Positions 40,421 to 50,930 of a stretch of DNA of 64,000 nt are shown here, piece by piece; positions within the stretch are counted from its first letter, which is position 1, and every line of letters starts with the position of its first letter. The stretch spans positions 1,984,001 through 2,048,000 of the forward strand of contig CDROCS010000506.1 of the NCBI GenBank assembly GCA_977020255.1. The letters run 5' to 3'. This stretch comes from Obrimoposthia wandeli (lineage: Eukaryota). The position numbers and the translations under genes were made by a program. The notes beneath the pieces are model-generated. The model was not told where the DNA came from. It saw nothing but the letters and a program-made list of their open reading frames with translations, and made no database searches.

Positions 40421-41305
40421 TTAGTGTGACTCAGTAATCAAGTAGTGCTCAATTTGCTCTGCAATCCAATCTGTCACCGCGCCACGACAAAAATCAACAC
40501 CTGTAATTTCGCCATAAATCTCCCAACTCATCGACTTTTTATAACGAAGTACTTTAAGTGTTTCATTTCTAAGTTGATCTGTAATCAAAGGCGCCGGTAC
40601 TTTAGCCCAGCCAACACCATTACATACAGCATCACGTAAATACTCATAAAATGTTAAGCCGATATAACGGTGACTAATCGACGCCTCAACGGTTAATAAG
40701 TCATCCATATAAGCCAAAACAACCTCGGTATACAAGGCTAAATCATTGCTGGTTAAACGGTTACCTATCGTATGTAATGGGTGGTCTGCAGCAGCAACGG
40801 CCATCATTCTAAGCTGACCTAATTCATTGCGTACATGGCGCTGATAATCATGCGTATCCGAGATCATGCCGTAAGCAATATCCACTTTGTTATTTTCCAC
40901 ATAAGCGATTAATTCTGGTGTCGGTGCGGCATACATAGATAACGAAGTTTGTGGAAATTTCTTTTCTAATTGGCTAATCAATTGGTTCCAGAACTTCTCC
41001 GGTAAGGCATCATCTCGCGCAATACGTAATGCCGACTCAGCACCAGCCAAATGATGAGCACATTTTGCATGCACTCCCTGCGAAAGGTGATATATACGCT
41101 GACAGTCAGCAACGATATTTTCACCTATATTGCTTAATTCAATTTTATTACCACTGCGTAATAGTAAGTTCACACCTAACTCATCTTCAAGTGCAAGCAG
41201 TGCTGCGCTAACTGTAGAACGGCTTTTACCAAGCTGTATGGCCGCTTCAGAAATCGACCCAGTTTTAACCGCCAACAGAAACATCTCTATTTGTATTAAT
41301 CTCAT
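40421..41305 (-). CDS. LysR-family regulator divergent from mdtJI
   Basis: GSISEAA..LGKSRSTVSAAL..LEDELG HTH. Confidence 0.9.
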   Translation of the reverse strand: MRLIQIEMFLLAVKTGSISEAAIQLGKSRSTVSAALLALEDELGVNLLLRSGNKIELSNIGENIVADCQRIYHLSQGVHAKCAHHLAGAESALRIARDDALPEKFWNQLISQLEKKFPQTSLSMYAAPTPELIAYVENNKVDIAYGMISDTHDYQRHVRNELGQLRMMAVAAADHPLHTIGNRLTSNDLALYTEVVLAYMDDLLTVEASISHRYIGLTFYEYLRDAVCNGVGWAKVPAPLITDQLRNETLKVLRYKKSMSWEIYGEITGVDFCRGAVTDWIAEQIEHYLITESH

Positions 41306-41435
41306 AACAACCCTTAGTGACGAAATAACCGACGCTGAGCGATTTCATCTTTTTAGTAACCAGCGATACACTTAATCCCATAGTAATTAAATAAGACATT
41401 AATTACAGCATTATTAATACAAATAGGGACTTTTT

Positions 41436-41768
41436 ATGTATCACAGCATGATGCTGTTTTTCGCCATTGTTGCTGAAGTCGCAGGCACTATTTCCATGCG
41501 CTATTCAGCTGAGAATAACCCAGTAACGGGTACAGTAGCGATGATTATATTAATAGGGATATCCTATTTTTTATTATCTAAAGCAATCCAAAAAATTCCA
41601 TTAGGAGTGGCTTACGCAATTTGGGAAGGGGTTGGGATCTTACTCATCACAGTCATTAGTAATTACCTGTTTGATGAAATGATCACTCCCGCTAAAGTTT
41701 TCGGTGTTGGTTTGATCGTCGCTGGACTTATCTTTATTAACACAGATGAAGGACATGATGATGAATAA
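41436..41768 (+). CDS. mdtJ: SMR-family polyamine efflux subunit, MdtJ-like
   Basis: Membrane Glu in AEVAGT, AYAIWEGVG signature, four TMs. Confidence 0.78.
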   Translation: MYHSMMLFFAIVAEVAGTISMRYSAENNPVTGTVAMIILIGISYFLLSKAIQKIPLGVAYAIWEGVGILLITVISNYLFDEMITPAKVFGVGLIVAGLIFINTDEGHDDE

Positions 41769-42093
41769 TGCAGAACTCATACACATCGTATTCTTGTGTT
41801 TTTCCATATTGTTAGATATTACCGCCAACTACTTTTTAAAATTATCGGATGGTTTTAAAAATAAACTACCAGGCGTATTTGCAATTATATTGGTTGCAAT
41901 GGCCTTCATCAGTCTAGGCCAAGCAGTACAGTCAATCCAACTATCGATTGCCTATGCGACTTGGGGTGCTGGCGGTATTATTGGCACCCTATTGGTTGAT
42001 AAGTATATGTTTGGCGAAACGATAGGACGTCGCAGCCAAATAGGCGTACCACTGTTAATTTCAGGCATTGTGGTACTGCAGTTTTCACACTAA
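41761..42093 (+). CDS. mdtI: SMR-family polyamine efflux subunit, MdtI-like
   Basis: AN.FLKLSDGF, QAV..I.LSIAYATWG; overlaps mdtJ. Start could be 41755, 41758 or 41761. Confidence 0.78.
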   Translation: MNNAELIHIVFLCFSILLDITANYFLKLSDGFKNKLPGVFAIILVAMAFISLGQAVQSIQLSIAYATWGAGGIIGTLLVDKYMFGETIGRRSQIGVPLLISGIVVLQFSH

Positions 42094-42160
42094 ACGTAAT
42101 CATTAACTCAAAAATAAATCATATAACATGAATTAATATATTAAAGATAAGAGGCTATAT

Positions 42161-43672
42161 ATGTCGGAAACCATTCAAAACCCAGAAATCGATTTTCAAA
42201 GTGAAGTTGAGCAACGTCGTCAAAAATTGGCAGACTTACGTACCCGAGGCAATGCTTTTCCTAATAGCTTTCGCCGGGATGCGATCTCAAATGAGCTGTT
42301 AAATAAATACGATGATAAAAGCACTGATGAGTTAAATAAATTACAGGTTACAGTAAAAGTAGCTGGTCGTATTATGACACGTCGAATTATGGGTAAAGCC
42401 AGTTTTGTAACGCTACAAGACATGGGTGGTAAGATCCAATTATATGTAAGCCGCGATAACCTGCCAGAGAATTTCTATAACGAGCAGTTTAAAAAGTGGG
42501 ATATTGGCGACATTGTTGGTGCTGAAGGTACTTTATTTAAAACTAAAACGGGTGAGTTAACGATTAACTTAAGCAATATCGAGTTACTGACAAAAGCACT
42601 ACGCCCTTTGCCAAACAAGTTCCACGGTTTAGCAGAACAAGAAACCCGTTATCGTCAACGCTACTTAGACTTGATAGCCAATGAAGAAGCGCGTAATACT
42701 TTTACAATTCGCTCGCAAGTTATTACTGGTATCCGTAATCTGTTAAGCAAAAATGGCTTTATGGAAGTGGAAACCCCAATGATGCAAGTGATCCCTGGTG
42801 GCGCATCTGCACGTCCATTCATTACTCGACATAACGCACTCGATATGGATATGTACTTACGTGTATCACCAGAACTGTATCTAAAAAGGTTAGTCGTGGG
42901 CGGTTTTGAACGCGTATTTGAAATTAATCGCAATTTCCGTAATGAAGGTATTTCAACGCGCCATAACCCAGAATTTACCATGCTTGAATTCTACATGGCT
43001 TATGCTGATTACAATGACTTAATGGCGTTGACAGAAGAAATGTTACGTACCTTAGCGCTTGATATTCTGGGCTCGCCAATGGTGCCTTATGGTGACTTAA
43101 CGTTTGATTTCGGCCAACCTTTTGCCAAAATCGGCATGAAGGATTCTGTCTTAAAATATAATCCGGAGATCCGTGCTGAACAGCTAGCAACATTATCAGC
43201 AGCAACTGAATTAGCTGACAGTCTGAATATTCGCATTGATGCAAGTTGGGGTATTGGCCGCGTGATCACCGAGATATTTGAAGAGACAGTTGAAGAGAAA
43301 TTAATTCAACCGACCTTTATTACTGAATATCCAGCAGAGGTATCACCACTAGCACGTCGTAACGATGATGATCCACTCATCACAGATCGTTTTGAGTTCT
43401 TTATTGGTGGTCGTGAAATTGCCAACGGTTTCTCTGAATTGAATGATGCAGAAGACCAAGACGCGCGCTTCAAAGAACAAGTACAACAAAAAGAAGCTGG
43501 TGATGATGAAGCAATGTTCTATGATGAAGATTATGTCACCGCACTTGAACATGGTTTACCACCAACAGCAGGTCAAGGAATTGGTATTGATCGCTTAGTG
43601 ATGCTGTTCACTAATAGCCATACGATCCGTGACGTGATCTTATTCCCGACATTACGCCCACAAAATAAATAG
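42161..43672 (+). CDS. lysS: Class II lysyl-tRNA synthetase; LysU-like by context
   Basis: [29 protein letters not shown]...RHNPEFT, GIGIDRL; no prfB upstream; adjacent to the cad genes. Confidence 0.95.
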   Translation: MSETIQNPEIDFQSEVEQRRQKLADLRTRGNAFPNSFRRDAISNELLNKYDDKSTDELNKLQVTVKVAGRIMTRRIMGKASFVTLQDMGGKIQLYVSRDNLPENFYNEQFKKWDIGDIVGAEGTLFKTKTGELTINLSNIELLTKALRPLPNKFHGLAEQETRYRQRYLDLIANEEARNTFTIRSQVITGIRNLLSKNGFMEVETPMMQVIPGGASARPFITRHNALDMDMYLRVSPELYLKRLVVGGFERVFEINRNFRNEGISTRHNPEFTMLEFYMAYADYNDLMALTEEMLRTLALDILGSPMVPYGDLTFDFGQPFAKIGMKDSVLKYNPEIRAEQLATLSAATELADSLNIRIDASWGIGRVITEIFEETVEEKLIQPTFITEYPAEVSPLARRNDDDPLITDRFEFFIGGREIANGFSELNDAEDQDARFKEQVQQKEAGDDEAMFYDEDYVTALEHGLPPTAGQGIGIDRLVMLFTNSHTIRDVILFPTLRPQNK

Positions 43673-43690
43673 TTCCAACTGATTAAAACG

Positions 43691-43723
43691 AAATAAGGCA
43701 GCCATTGGCTGCCTTATTTTTTT
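43691..43723. terminator. Terminator between LysRS and pdxY (convergent)
   Basis: AAATAAGGCAGCC-ATT-GGCTGCCTTATTT-TTTT. Confidence 0.85.
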
Positions 43724-43740
43724 CACGTGATATTTATATT

Positions 43741-44601
43741 CTATAACGTTGTCGCGTTAACCTTTACCTCTGGCTGAGCAATTAAATCTTGTGCGGCAAT
43801 AAGCTGCAATTCATAACTGCCTTGCTTAAAGGTCGCCTCCAATACTGCATCAACAGCCGCATTCGTCAATTCAAACGCTGCCACCGGCTTATAACCAGCT
43901 AATAAATTAGCGAGCATCACGCCACTAATCAAATCACCAACACCAACAGGTTGGCGAGCAAAATCATACAAAGGACGGGTAATGTGATAATAACCATCAG
44001 TCGTGGCTAATAACATTTCAAACTGATTTGTCGTTATACCCGCTTTACTCAAATGCTTAACCAATACAATCTTCACACCTTGCTCTAACAACATAGCGCA
44101 TGCTTGTTTTACCTGCTCTATATTATCTATTTTCATATCCGTCAGTGTTTCTAATTCAAGTAGATTTGGCGCGATAACATCCGCTTTTGGTAATGCGTGA
44201 TATTTGAAAAAATCCATGACTTCAGGTACGACAATACAGCCCTTTTCAGGATGCCCCATAACCGGATCACAAAAGTATAAAGCATCCGCATTATGTTGTT
44301 TTACTTGCTCGACAGCATAAAGCACTTCCTTGCCTTGCGTTGCAGACCCCAGATAACCACTTAATACAGCGTCACAACTTGATAAGCTGTCAATATTGAT
44401 TAAGCCATCAACGAGACTCTTAATTTGATCAACCGGCATTACCATTCCTTGCCACCCTTGCTGATACTGGGTGTGATTCGAAAACTGAACCGTATTAATC
44501 GGCCACACCTCAACCCCCATTCTACGCATTGGAAAAACGACAGCACTATTACCCGCACAGCCAAATACAACATGAGATTGAATAGACAAGATAGATTTCA
44601 T
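43741..44601 (-). CDS. pdxY: Pyridoxal kinase
   Basis: [45 protein letters not shown]. Confidence 0.95.
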   Translation of the reverse strand: MKSILSIQSHVVFGCAGNSAVVFPMRRMGVEVWPINTVQFSNHTQYQQGWQGMVMPVDQIKSLVDGLINIDSLSSCDAVLSGYLGSATQGKEVLYAVEQVKQHNADALYFCDPVMGHPEKGCIVVPEVMDFFKYHALPKADVIAPNLLELETLTDMKIDNIEQVKQACAMLLEQGVKIVLVKHLSKAGITTNQFEMLLATTDGYYHITRPLYDFARQPVGVGDLISGVMLANLLAGYKPVAAFELTNAAVDAVLEATFKQGSYELQLIAAQDLIAQPEVKVNATTL

Positions 44602-44623
44602 AAATAAGACCTTAACAAGAAAT

Positions 44624-44648
44624 AAAAAGAGGGCATAAAGCCCTCTTT
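44624..44648 (-). terminator. Terminator after cadA
   Basis: Minus strand AAAGAGGGC-TTTAT-GCCCTCTTTTT. Confidence 0.75.
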
Positions 44649-44698
44649 GGTTGAATCATCAATAAGATTAATTTATAGATTAAATGGTTAAATGCAAC

Positions 44699-46834
44699 TT
44701 AATCTTGCTTTAACACCTTCACAGTATAGCTACCATCTGCTTGGTGATATAAACCATGAATATCAGTTTCAAAACCAGGGAACTCTGTACCAATTTCACA
44801 CAGCATTTCCAAGAAGTCTAATACTGGACGTGATGTTTCAGTGATCATCTCACCAGGTAATACAAGTGGTACACCTGGAGGATAAGGTAGGATCATATTC
44901 GCATTAACACGATTAACCATATCTTCTAGCTTCACTTCTTCAGTGTGGCCACGTAACTCTTGTTGCCATGCTGCATTTGGCGTTATTTTAAGTTCAGGCA
45001 ATACATCAAACGCTTTAAACATTAGCTCTGGCAATTTGAATTTCTTCATCATGTCATGAATACCTTGAGCTAAGTCTTGGATATGCATGTCTTCATAGAA
45101 TTTTGGATCTTCAGCGTATAACGTAGGGATGAAGTTTTTCACCGTTAAGTTTAGATCGAAACCACGTTTGAACTCAGTCAGTGTACGTAATAATGCCAAT
45201 GACTTCGCTTTATCAATACCAATTGAGAATAGGAATAACAGGTTATATGGTCCTGTTTTTTCTACCACAACACCACGTTCATCTAAGAACTTAGCCACTA
45301 ATGACGCAGGAATACCTGTTTCAGCTAAGTTGTCACCATCCATGCCCGGAGTTAACAAGGTTACTTTAATTGGATCGAGGTACATATGGTCAGCATCGAT
45401 ATCTTTAAAGCCGTGCCAAGTGTCTTTTGGATCTAAATTCCAACATTCTGTTGTTTCAATGTCTTCTGGCTGCCATACGTCAAAGAACCAACCTTCAGTT
45501 TCTTTTTCAAGACGCTTAACTTCTTTACGGAAACGAATAGCGCGATCGATCGAATCTTGCATTAGTTTCTTACCAGTATTGCCACGCATCATCGCTGCAG
45601 CAGTCTCAGTTGACGCCACAATAGAATATTGTGGTGATGTTGAAGTATGCATCATATACGCTTCATTAAATGTTTCTTTATCGATGTCGCCTTTAATGTG
45701 GATCATCGATGATTGTGAGAATGCCGCTAATAGTTTATGGGTAGACTGTGTTTCATAGAACACTTTACCAGGCATTGCTTCACCACTCATGCCGCACTTA
45801 CCTTCGTAAATATTATTGAAGTTAGTGTAAGGTACCCAAGCGCTGTCAAAGTGGATGAATTTAGTATCCAATGTTTCTTTAATAAATTGGGTGTTATATA
45901 GCAGACCATCATAAGTAGAATTGGTTACTACGGCATAGTTTGGCATCACTGCATTTGGTGTCGCCGCAACTTTAGCCGCAATCACGTCACGACTGAATTC
46001 ACTTTGTGGAATACCACCAAGAATACCGTACGCATTACGTGTTGGGCGGAAATAGATTGGCGTAATGTCACTCATCATTAATAAGTGAGTCAGTGATTTA
46101 TGGCAGTTACGATCGATAAGCACTGTGCTACCAGATGGTGCAGAGAACATACCAACGATCTTGTTCGCAGTCGATGTACCGTTAGTCACAATATAAGAGT
46201 GGTCAGCGTTAAATGTTTTTGCAATATACTCTTCAGCTTCTTGGTGTGGTCCTGAATGATCTAATAATGAACCCAGTTCAGGCATCGATACTGATACGTC
46301 AGCTTTGAATGCATTAGGACCATAGAAGTCATAAAAGATACTACCTGCAGGGCTACGTTGAAACGCAGTACCGCCCATGTGACCAGGAGTACAGAAAGTA
46401 TATTTACCTTCTTCAACATAATTAAACAATGCTTTCGTGAACGGAGGCATTAATTCGTCTTTGTACTTGTCAATCGCTTGGTTAATTTTCAATGCGATAT
46501 CATCGCTCATACCAAGTGCATATTCGAAGAACGAAACATTCAAACGTAGCTCTGTTAGCGATACATCAAGCGCAGATTGTTCATTAGCAAATGCGAATAC
46601 AGGTAGCTTTTCGTTTAACGCATTAATTTGTTCACAAAGGGTTAGCGGGTATTTATCCCAATCAAAGATAGCACCGCAGATACGTGGGTTCATTTCGATC
46701 ATTTTGATCAGGTCTTTGTCATTTACAGGGTAAACAACTTGGTAACCGGCTTTTTCTAAAGAAGCATGTAATTGACGAATAGGTTCTTCTTTAAAGAACA
46801 CGCCCATGTGATTTAAGATAGCAATAATGTTCAT
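44699..46834 (-). CDS. cadA: Inducible lysine decarboxylase
   Basis: MNIIAILNHMGVFFKEEP start, FCTPGHMGG, STHKLL PLP lysine, GFETDIHG; GGAG SD before MNII. Confidence 0.96.
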   Translation of the reverse strand: MNIIAILNHMGVFFKEEPIRQLHASLEKAGYQVVYPVNDKDLIKMIEMNPRICGAIFDWDKYPLTLCEQINALNEKLPVFAFANEQSALDVSLTELRLNVSFFEYALGMSDDIALKINQAIDKYKDELMPPFTKALFNYVEEGKYTFCTPGHMGGTAFQRSPAGSIFYDFYGPNAFKADVSVSMPELGSLLDHSGPHQEAEEYIAKTFNADHSYIVTNGTSTANKIVGMFSAPSGSTVLIDRNCHKSLTHLLMMSDITPIYFRPTRNAYGILGGIPQSEFSRDVIAAKVAATPNAVMPNYAVVTNSTYDGLLYNTQFIKETLDTKFIHFDSAWVPYTNFNNIYEGKCGMSGEAMPGKVFYETQSTHKLLAAFSQSSMIHIKGDIDKETFNEAYMMHTSTSPQYSIVASTETAAAMMRGNTGKKLMQDSIDRAIRFRKEVKRLEKETEGWFFDVWQPEDIETTECWNLDPKDTWHGFKDIDADHMYLDPIKVTLLTPGMDGDNLAETGIPASLVAKFLDERGVVVEKTGPYNLLFLFSIGIDKAKSLALLRTLTEFKRGFDLNLTVKNFIPTLYAEDPKFYEDMHIQDLAQGIHDMMKKFKLPELMFKAFDVLPELKITPNAAWQQELRGHTEEVKLEDMVNRVNANMILPYPPGVPLVLPGEMITETSRPVLDFLEMLCEIGTEFPGFETDIHGLYHQADGSYTVKVLKQD

Positions 46835-46937
46835 TTCAAGATCTCCAAGACGAATAAGGGCACTCGCTATCATTTGATAGAGATTAACGAGCACCAGACA
46901 TTAATTAAAAAGGAATGATTTAAATTGATTGTTCAGA

Positions 46938-48263
46938 TTAAGCACTTGCAGCGATTGCAGTTGGCTCGGTTTGAGAAAGACCTTTCTTCTTGCCGTAGAA
47001 AACAAGGATGATTAGCGAGACAAGGAAGGTTCCTGTTAATGCAGAGCTTTCTGCTCCGGCAAGGGCGATTAAACAAAATACACAAGCAATACCCGAGAAC
47101 AACATCACGAAGATATTTCGAGTGGTCATACTCTCTAAACGGATTAAGTTAACGCTTGAATAGAAGTAAGGCAGCATAGTAAGCAGTACAGCAATTGTGG
47201 TTAGCTGATTGAATAAGTCGCCAGTATTTGATGAACCACTAAACATCGTGATGAAAGCCATCAAAAGCGTCATCTTGATTGACGCCAGAACCAAACCTTT
47301 CTTAGCCACACCTGATTTGTCAGTTTCACCATAAATAGCAGGGAAGTTACCATCGGCAGCAGCACGTTTACCGGCTTCACCAACCAGCATCATCCATGAA
47401 CCTAACGATGTAAAACAAGCAAGAGCAGTAAATGCCGCAACAAATGGCGCTGACCAACTACCAAAAATAGACGTTGTTGCAAGTGCAAAAGGCGCACTTG
47501 ATGCAGCTACTTCAGCGGCAGGGAACATACCAGAAATCACTTGAGTAGATAAGATGTAGATAATACCCGCTAACGCAGTGCCTAGCATGGTTGCTAACGG
47601 TACTGTGCGTTTAGGGTTTTTAACCATACCCGAAGAAACAGCGGCAGATTCAACACCAACGAATGACCATAAACAGATAAGCACAGCGCTAATGATTGCA
47701 CTTGAATCACTACCAGATGAAACATTCCAGTTTTGACTGTAAATAGTGGAATCAAAATGTTCCCAGCCGACTGTTGCCGTACCGATAACAGGAATGAGAA
47801 TAAGTACAAGACCTAATGTACATAGACGGCTAACCCAAGTACCACCCAGCAAGTTAATAAAAGTGAATATCCATACCGATGCAACTGTCGCGATAGCTGC
47901 TGGAATAGGGTGGGCTAAAACAGGAAAGAATACAGAAAGATAAGAAACACCTGTAATAGCAATGGCTAAGTTACCAATCCAGTTAGCATGGTAATACAAC
48001 ACACCCGTTTGGAAACCAAGTACAGGTGCAACATCACCCGCGTAACCAATTGGGCCACCTTCTTGTGGATCCTTCGTCGATAGACGTGCAAACACAAATG
48101 CTAAACTCAACGCACCAACTAAACAAAGTATCCAGCTAAATATAGATACCGAACCGACCGCCGCTAAAGAAGACGGTAACAATGCAATACCACTGCCCAT
48201 CATGTTGCCGGCAACAACACCAGTACAGGCAATTAAGCCAATTTTTTTTGTATTAGATGACAT
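46938..48263 (-). CDS. cadB: Lysine/cadaverine antiporter (APC family)
   Basis: KKIGLIACTGVVAGNMMGSGIALLP, YYHANWIGN, WSFVGVESA. Confidence 0.96.
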   Translation of the reverse strand: MSSNTKKIGLIACTGVVAGNMMGSGIALLPSSLAAVGSVSIFSWILCLVGALSLAFVFARLSTKDPQEGGPIGYAGDVAPVLGFQTGVLYYHANWIGNLAIAITGVSYLSVFFPVLAHPIPAAIATVASVWIFTFINLLGGTWVSRLCTLGLVLILIPVIGTATVGWEHFDSTIYSQNWNVSSGSDSSAIISAVLICLWSFVGVESAAVSSGMVKNPKRTVPLATMLGTALAGIIYILSTQVISGMFPAAEVAASSAPFALATTSIFGSWSAPFVAAFTALACFTSLGSWMMLVGEAGKRAAADGNFPAIYGETDKSGVAKKGLVLASIKMTLLMAFITMFSGSSNTGDLFNQLTTIAVLLTMLPYFYSSVNLIRLESMTTRNIFVMLFSGIACVFCLIALAGAESSALTGTFLVSLIILVFYGKKKGLSQTEPTAIAASA

Positions 48264-48704
48264 CTCATCTCCCAAATTTTATCAAGTAGAGCAATATGCT
48301 CAATAAGCAAACCAGTGATTAAGTGGTGATATTGCCGAGATAAAAAATGAGTCTCAGCAGGCCACCTGAATTTCTAATTGCAGGTTACGCCGAATGAGAG
48401 AGAAAAAAATAAAGGTAAAATGAACAATAAAATCATTAGGAAATTAAACAAAGTTTATATATTCTTTATAATCAAACCCTACTTTAACATTTAAAAACAA
48501 CCACTTAAAAAACAAGAAAATAAGGTAAGTTTATATTTATTAAGAAAGTATATTTATAAAGATTGAATACAACGCTTATTAACCTAACACCTATCTACAG
48601 CTGACCTCAGAGAAGCTAAAATTTAGATGATTACTATCCATATGAAGAATTAAAAAATAGAAAAGGACTATTCACAATCAGGAAACTTAATTGGAGTGGT
48701 AGCC

Positions 48705-48750
48705 ATTGGGATTGGGATTGGGATTGGGATTGGGATTGGGATTGGGATTG
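48705..48750 (+). repeat. Perfect hexanucleotide repeat (ATTGGG)7 plus ATTG
   Basis: Read directly in the cadC-cadB intergenic region; seven GGG tracts. Confidence 0.97.
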
Positions 48751-48866
48751 CCAAGTCTTATTGATAACTTTAGCTAGGTACTAAAACATTCATTTAAATA
48801 TCGTCAAATATAAATAACGATAAGCTATGAGGCATAACGACACTCTTATACTAGTATCGTAGATAC

Positions 48867-48892
48867 AAAAAAGCCCCTGACAAGCAGAGGCT
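48867..48892 (-). terminator. Terminator after cadC
   Basis: Minus strand AGCCTCTG-CTTGT-CAGGGGCTTTTTT. Confidence 0.75.
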
Positions 48893-48918
48893 AAAAGGTT
48901 ACAGGTTAAAAGCCTAAG

Positions 48919-50514
48919 TTATACCAACTTGATAGCCCTAGAATTCATTGCTCGGTACATAAAAATGGCTATTCTCTCAAGATTACTATGAAATGCCAGA
49001 TTAGAACTTAGTTGGTAAGTTTCGACCGACGTATCAATGTAAAACGCCTGGGTATAAGCATCACCAGCACTATCAAGGTTGCCACTTAATTCTGCTAATT
49101 TACCAACGATAATATAATATATCGAAGAACGACGACTTTTTCCCGCCAAGCTAATCAAGTTATTTGCTTTAAGCTCATGACCTTGTAATAAGGCTTGTAA
49201 TGCCAGCGCTTCATATTCTCTTGCGGCCAATACCTTATTACCTTCATAACTATTATTCTTTAATAAATCGGCACTCGAGCGTTTAATTTCATTTACAAAC
49301 TCATCAGATAACGATAATGATGACAAGACATTATAAGCAATGTAGCGCTCAGCAAGTACTAGTCCATTAGTTGGGTCCACAGACAAGATATCTTCAAATA
49401 AATCAATTCCCTGCATAAACAATTTAGGGTCTACTTGATTAGTATAATGATTAGCCATGATTAATTTAGTTAATAAATCTTGATCTTCAGGTAAGTCTTG
49501 CATGACATAATCAAGTTGTGTCGGCGTTGGGTTAATTCTTAATGCAGCCATAAGATCAGATGATGCTTGCTCTAAACTGTCATACATCTCATCGCCTGAT
49601 ATTAAGTACTGCTTACTGAATATAATTCGATTAGATGCATTATTACGATAATTAATATCTAAATATGACAAGCCCTGTTGCTTATCTATTCTGACATTCA
49701 CTAATTTCCCCGGTAAAATACCCGTTGTAAAATCAGTTTTCTTTAACTGCACACGATAATTACTGATCGTTAATACATCATTCATTAATTTTTGGCTAAT
49801 ACCATCCGCAAGATATTCACTCGTCTTATCGGATTTCTGACTTGCACAATAGCTAAACTCAATAACTTGAGTATCTAACGATCGCGTTATTTCTGGCTTA
49901 GTTTGTACGTAGGTACAAAGGACAATAATACAAATTAATACTGACAATAGAAAACTGTCAAATAGCTGTAATTTATAGCGCTGTAAGAAAGTAAGCTTCG
50001 TCTTTGACTTTGCTTCTTCTGCTGCTGCATGTTTAGATATATGGGTGACGGCGCGAGTTAATGGCCCTGCGGGAAATACAGTAATGGCTTGTTCGTAATC
50101 TAGATCAGTATCGATATCAGTCGTTTTTTCATCATCAACAATTTCGTCTGCATTTTTACTTTCAGTAATTAATTTACGGGCATCATCACAGGTTAGTTCT
50201 ATTGTATCTGCAACTAATCGATATCCACGTTTAGGCACTGTAGCAATAAATCTTTCGCAATCAACACGTCCATCTTTTAATATTTTCCGTAGCTCAAAAA
50301 TAGACTGTGTTACCACTTGGTCACTAACAATAGCACCATCCCAAATGTGCTCAATCAACTCTTCTCGTCCAAAGACTTCACTCGGTGATTGTGCTAAAAA
50401 GGATAATAAATTAACCAAACGGGGTTCAACTGTTACTTCTCTTCCTTGTCGGTACAGCTTATTTTCTTCAACAATCAATATCCAATTACTGATTTGAAAA
50501 CATAAACCATTCAT
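48919..50514 (-). CDS. cadC: ToxR-like membrane-bound activator of cadBA
   Basis: N-terminal wHTH (EPRLVNLL, VVTQSIFELRKIL, TVPKRGY), single TM, periplasmic domain ending FYIDTSVETY; upstream of cadBA. Confidence 0.92.
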   Translation of the reverse strand: MNGLCFQISNWILIVEENKLYRQGREVTVEPRLVNLLSFLAQSPSEVFGREELIEHIWDGAIVSDQVVTQSIFELRKILKDGRVDCERFIATVPKRGYRLVADTIELTCDDARKLITESKNADEIVDDEKTTDIDTDLDYEQAITVFPAGPLTRAVTHISKHAAAEEAKSKTKLTFLQRYKLQLFDSFLLSVLICIIVLCTYVQTKPEITRSLDTQVIEFSYCASQKSDKTSEYLADGISQKLMNDVLTISNYRVQLKKTDFTTGILPGKLVNVRIDKQQGLSYLDINYRNNASNRIIFSKQYLISGDEMYDSLEQASSDLMAALRINPTPTQLDYVMQDLPEDQDLLTKLIMANHYTNQVDPKLFMQGIDLFEDILSVDPTNGLVLAERYIAYNVLSSLSLSDEFVNEIKRSSADLLKNNSYEGNKVLAAREYEALALQALLQGHELKANNLISLAGKSRRSSIYYIIVGKLAELSGNLDSAGDAYTQAFYIDTSVETYQLSSNLAFHSNLERIAIFMYRAMNSRAIKLV

Positions 50515-50888
50515 AAAAAATCCCAACATTTAATATTATTAACGCAAGGTATCACAATTCTATTTTTCAACCAACACCATAAAAGTGAGTGCTAACAAGC
50601 GATAAGCACGACGTCTAAAGCATGATTTATTCTCATAATACCAGCAGTAAAACGGCGACTAGCACTCCTTTTTCATCAGCTTAACGCATTCTCCAATAGT
50701 GTGACGTAGATCGCTAAAAACACCATATTAGGGCATTGTACCTAATATTAAATATTCTGATTAATCACCACTTTTAGAACTTAGATCAATAATAATATTA
50801 AAACAATAACCACAAAAAATAGAGGGTATAACTTCTAAAGCTACCCGCTTAATTGTGACAGTCTTTTTAACATTTGAATTTCAGATAT

Positions 50889-50920
50889 AAAAAAAGCCTG
50901 AATCGTAAGATTCAGGCTTT
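50889..50920 (-). terminator. Terminator after the degenerate tRNA-Asp copy
   Basis: GCCTGAATC/GATTCAGGC stem with U7; near-copy of the terminator at 51075-51103. Confidence 0.8.
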
Positions 50921-50930
50921 CGTTGTTTGT

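Noticed and set aside
50700-50715. CRP-like site upstream of cadC (TGTGA-N6-TCGCT)
   Set aside because: Weak second half-site; could occur by chance.
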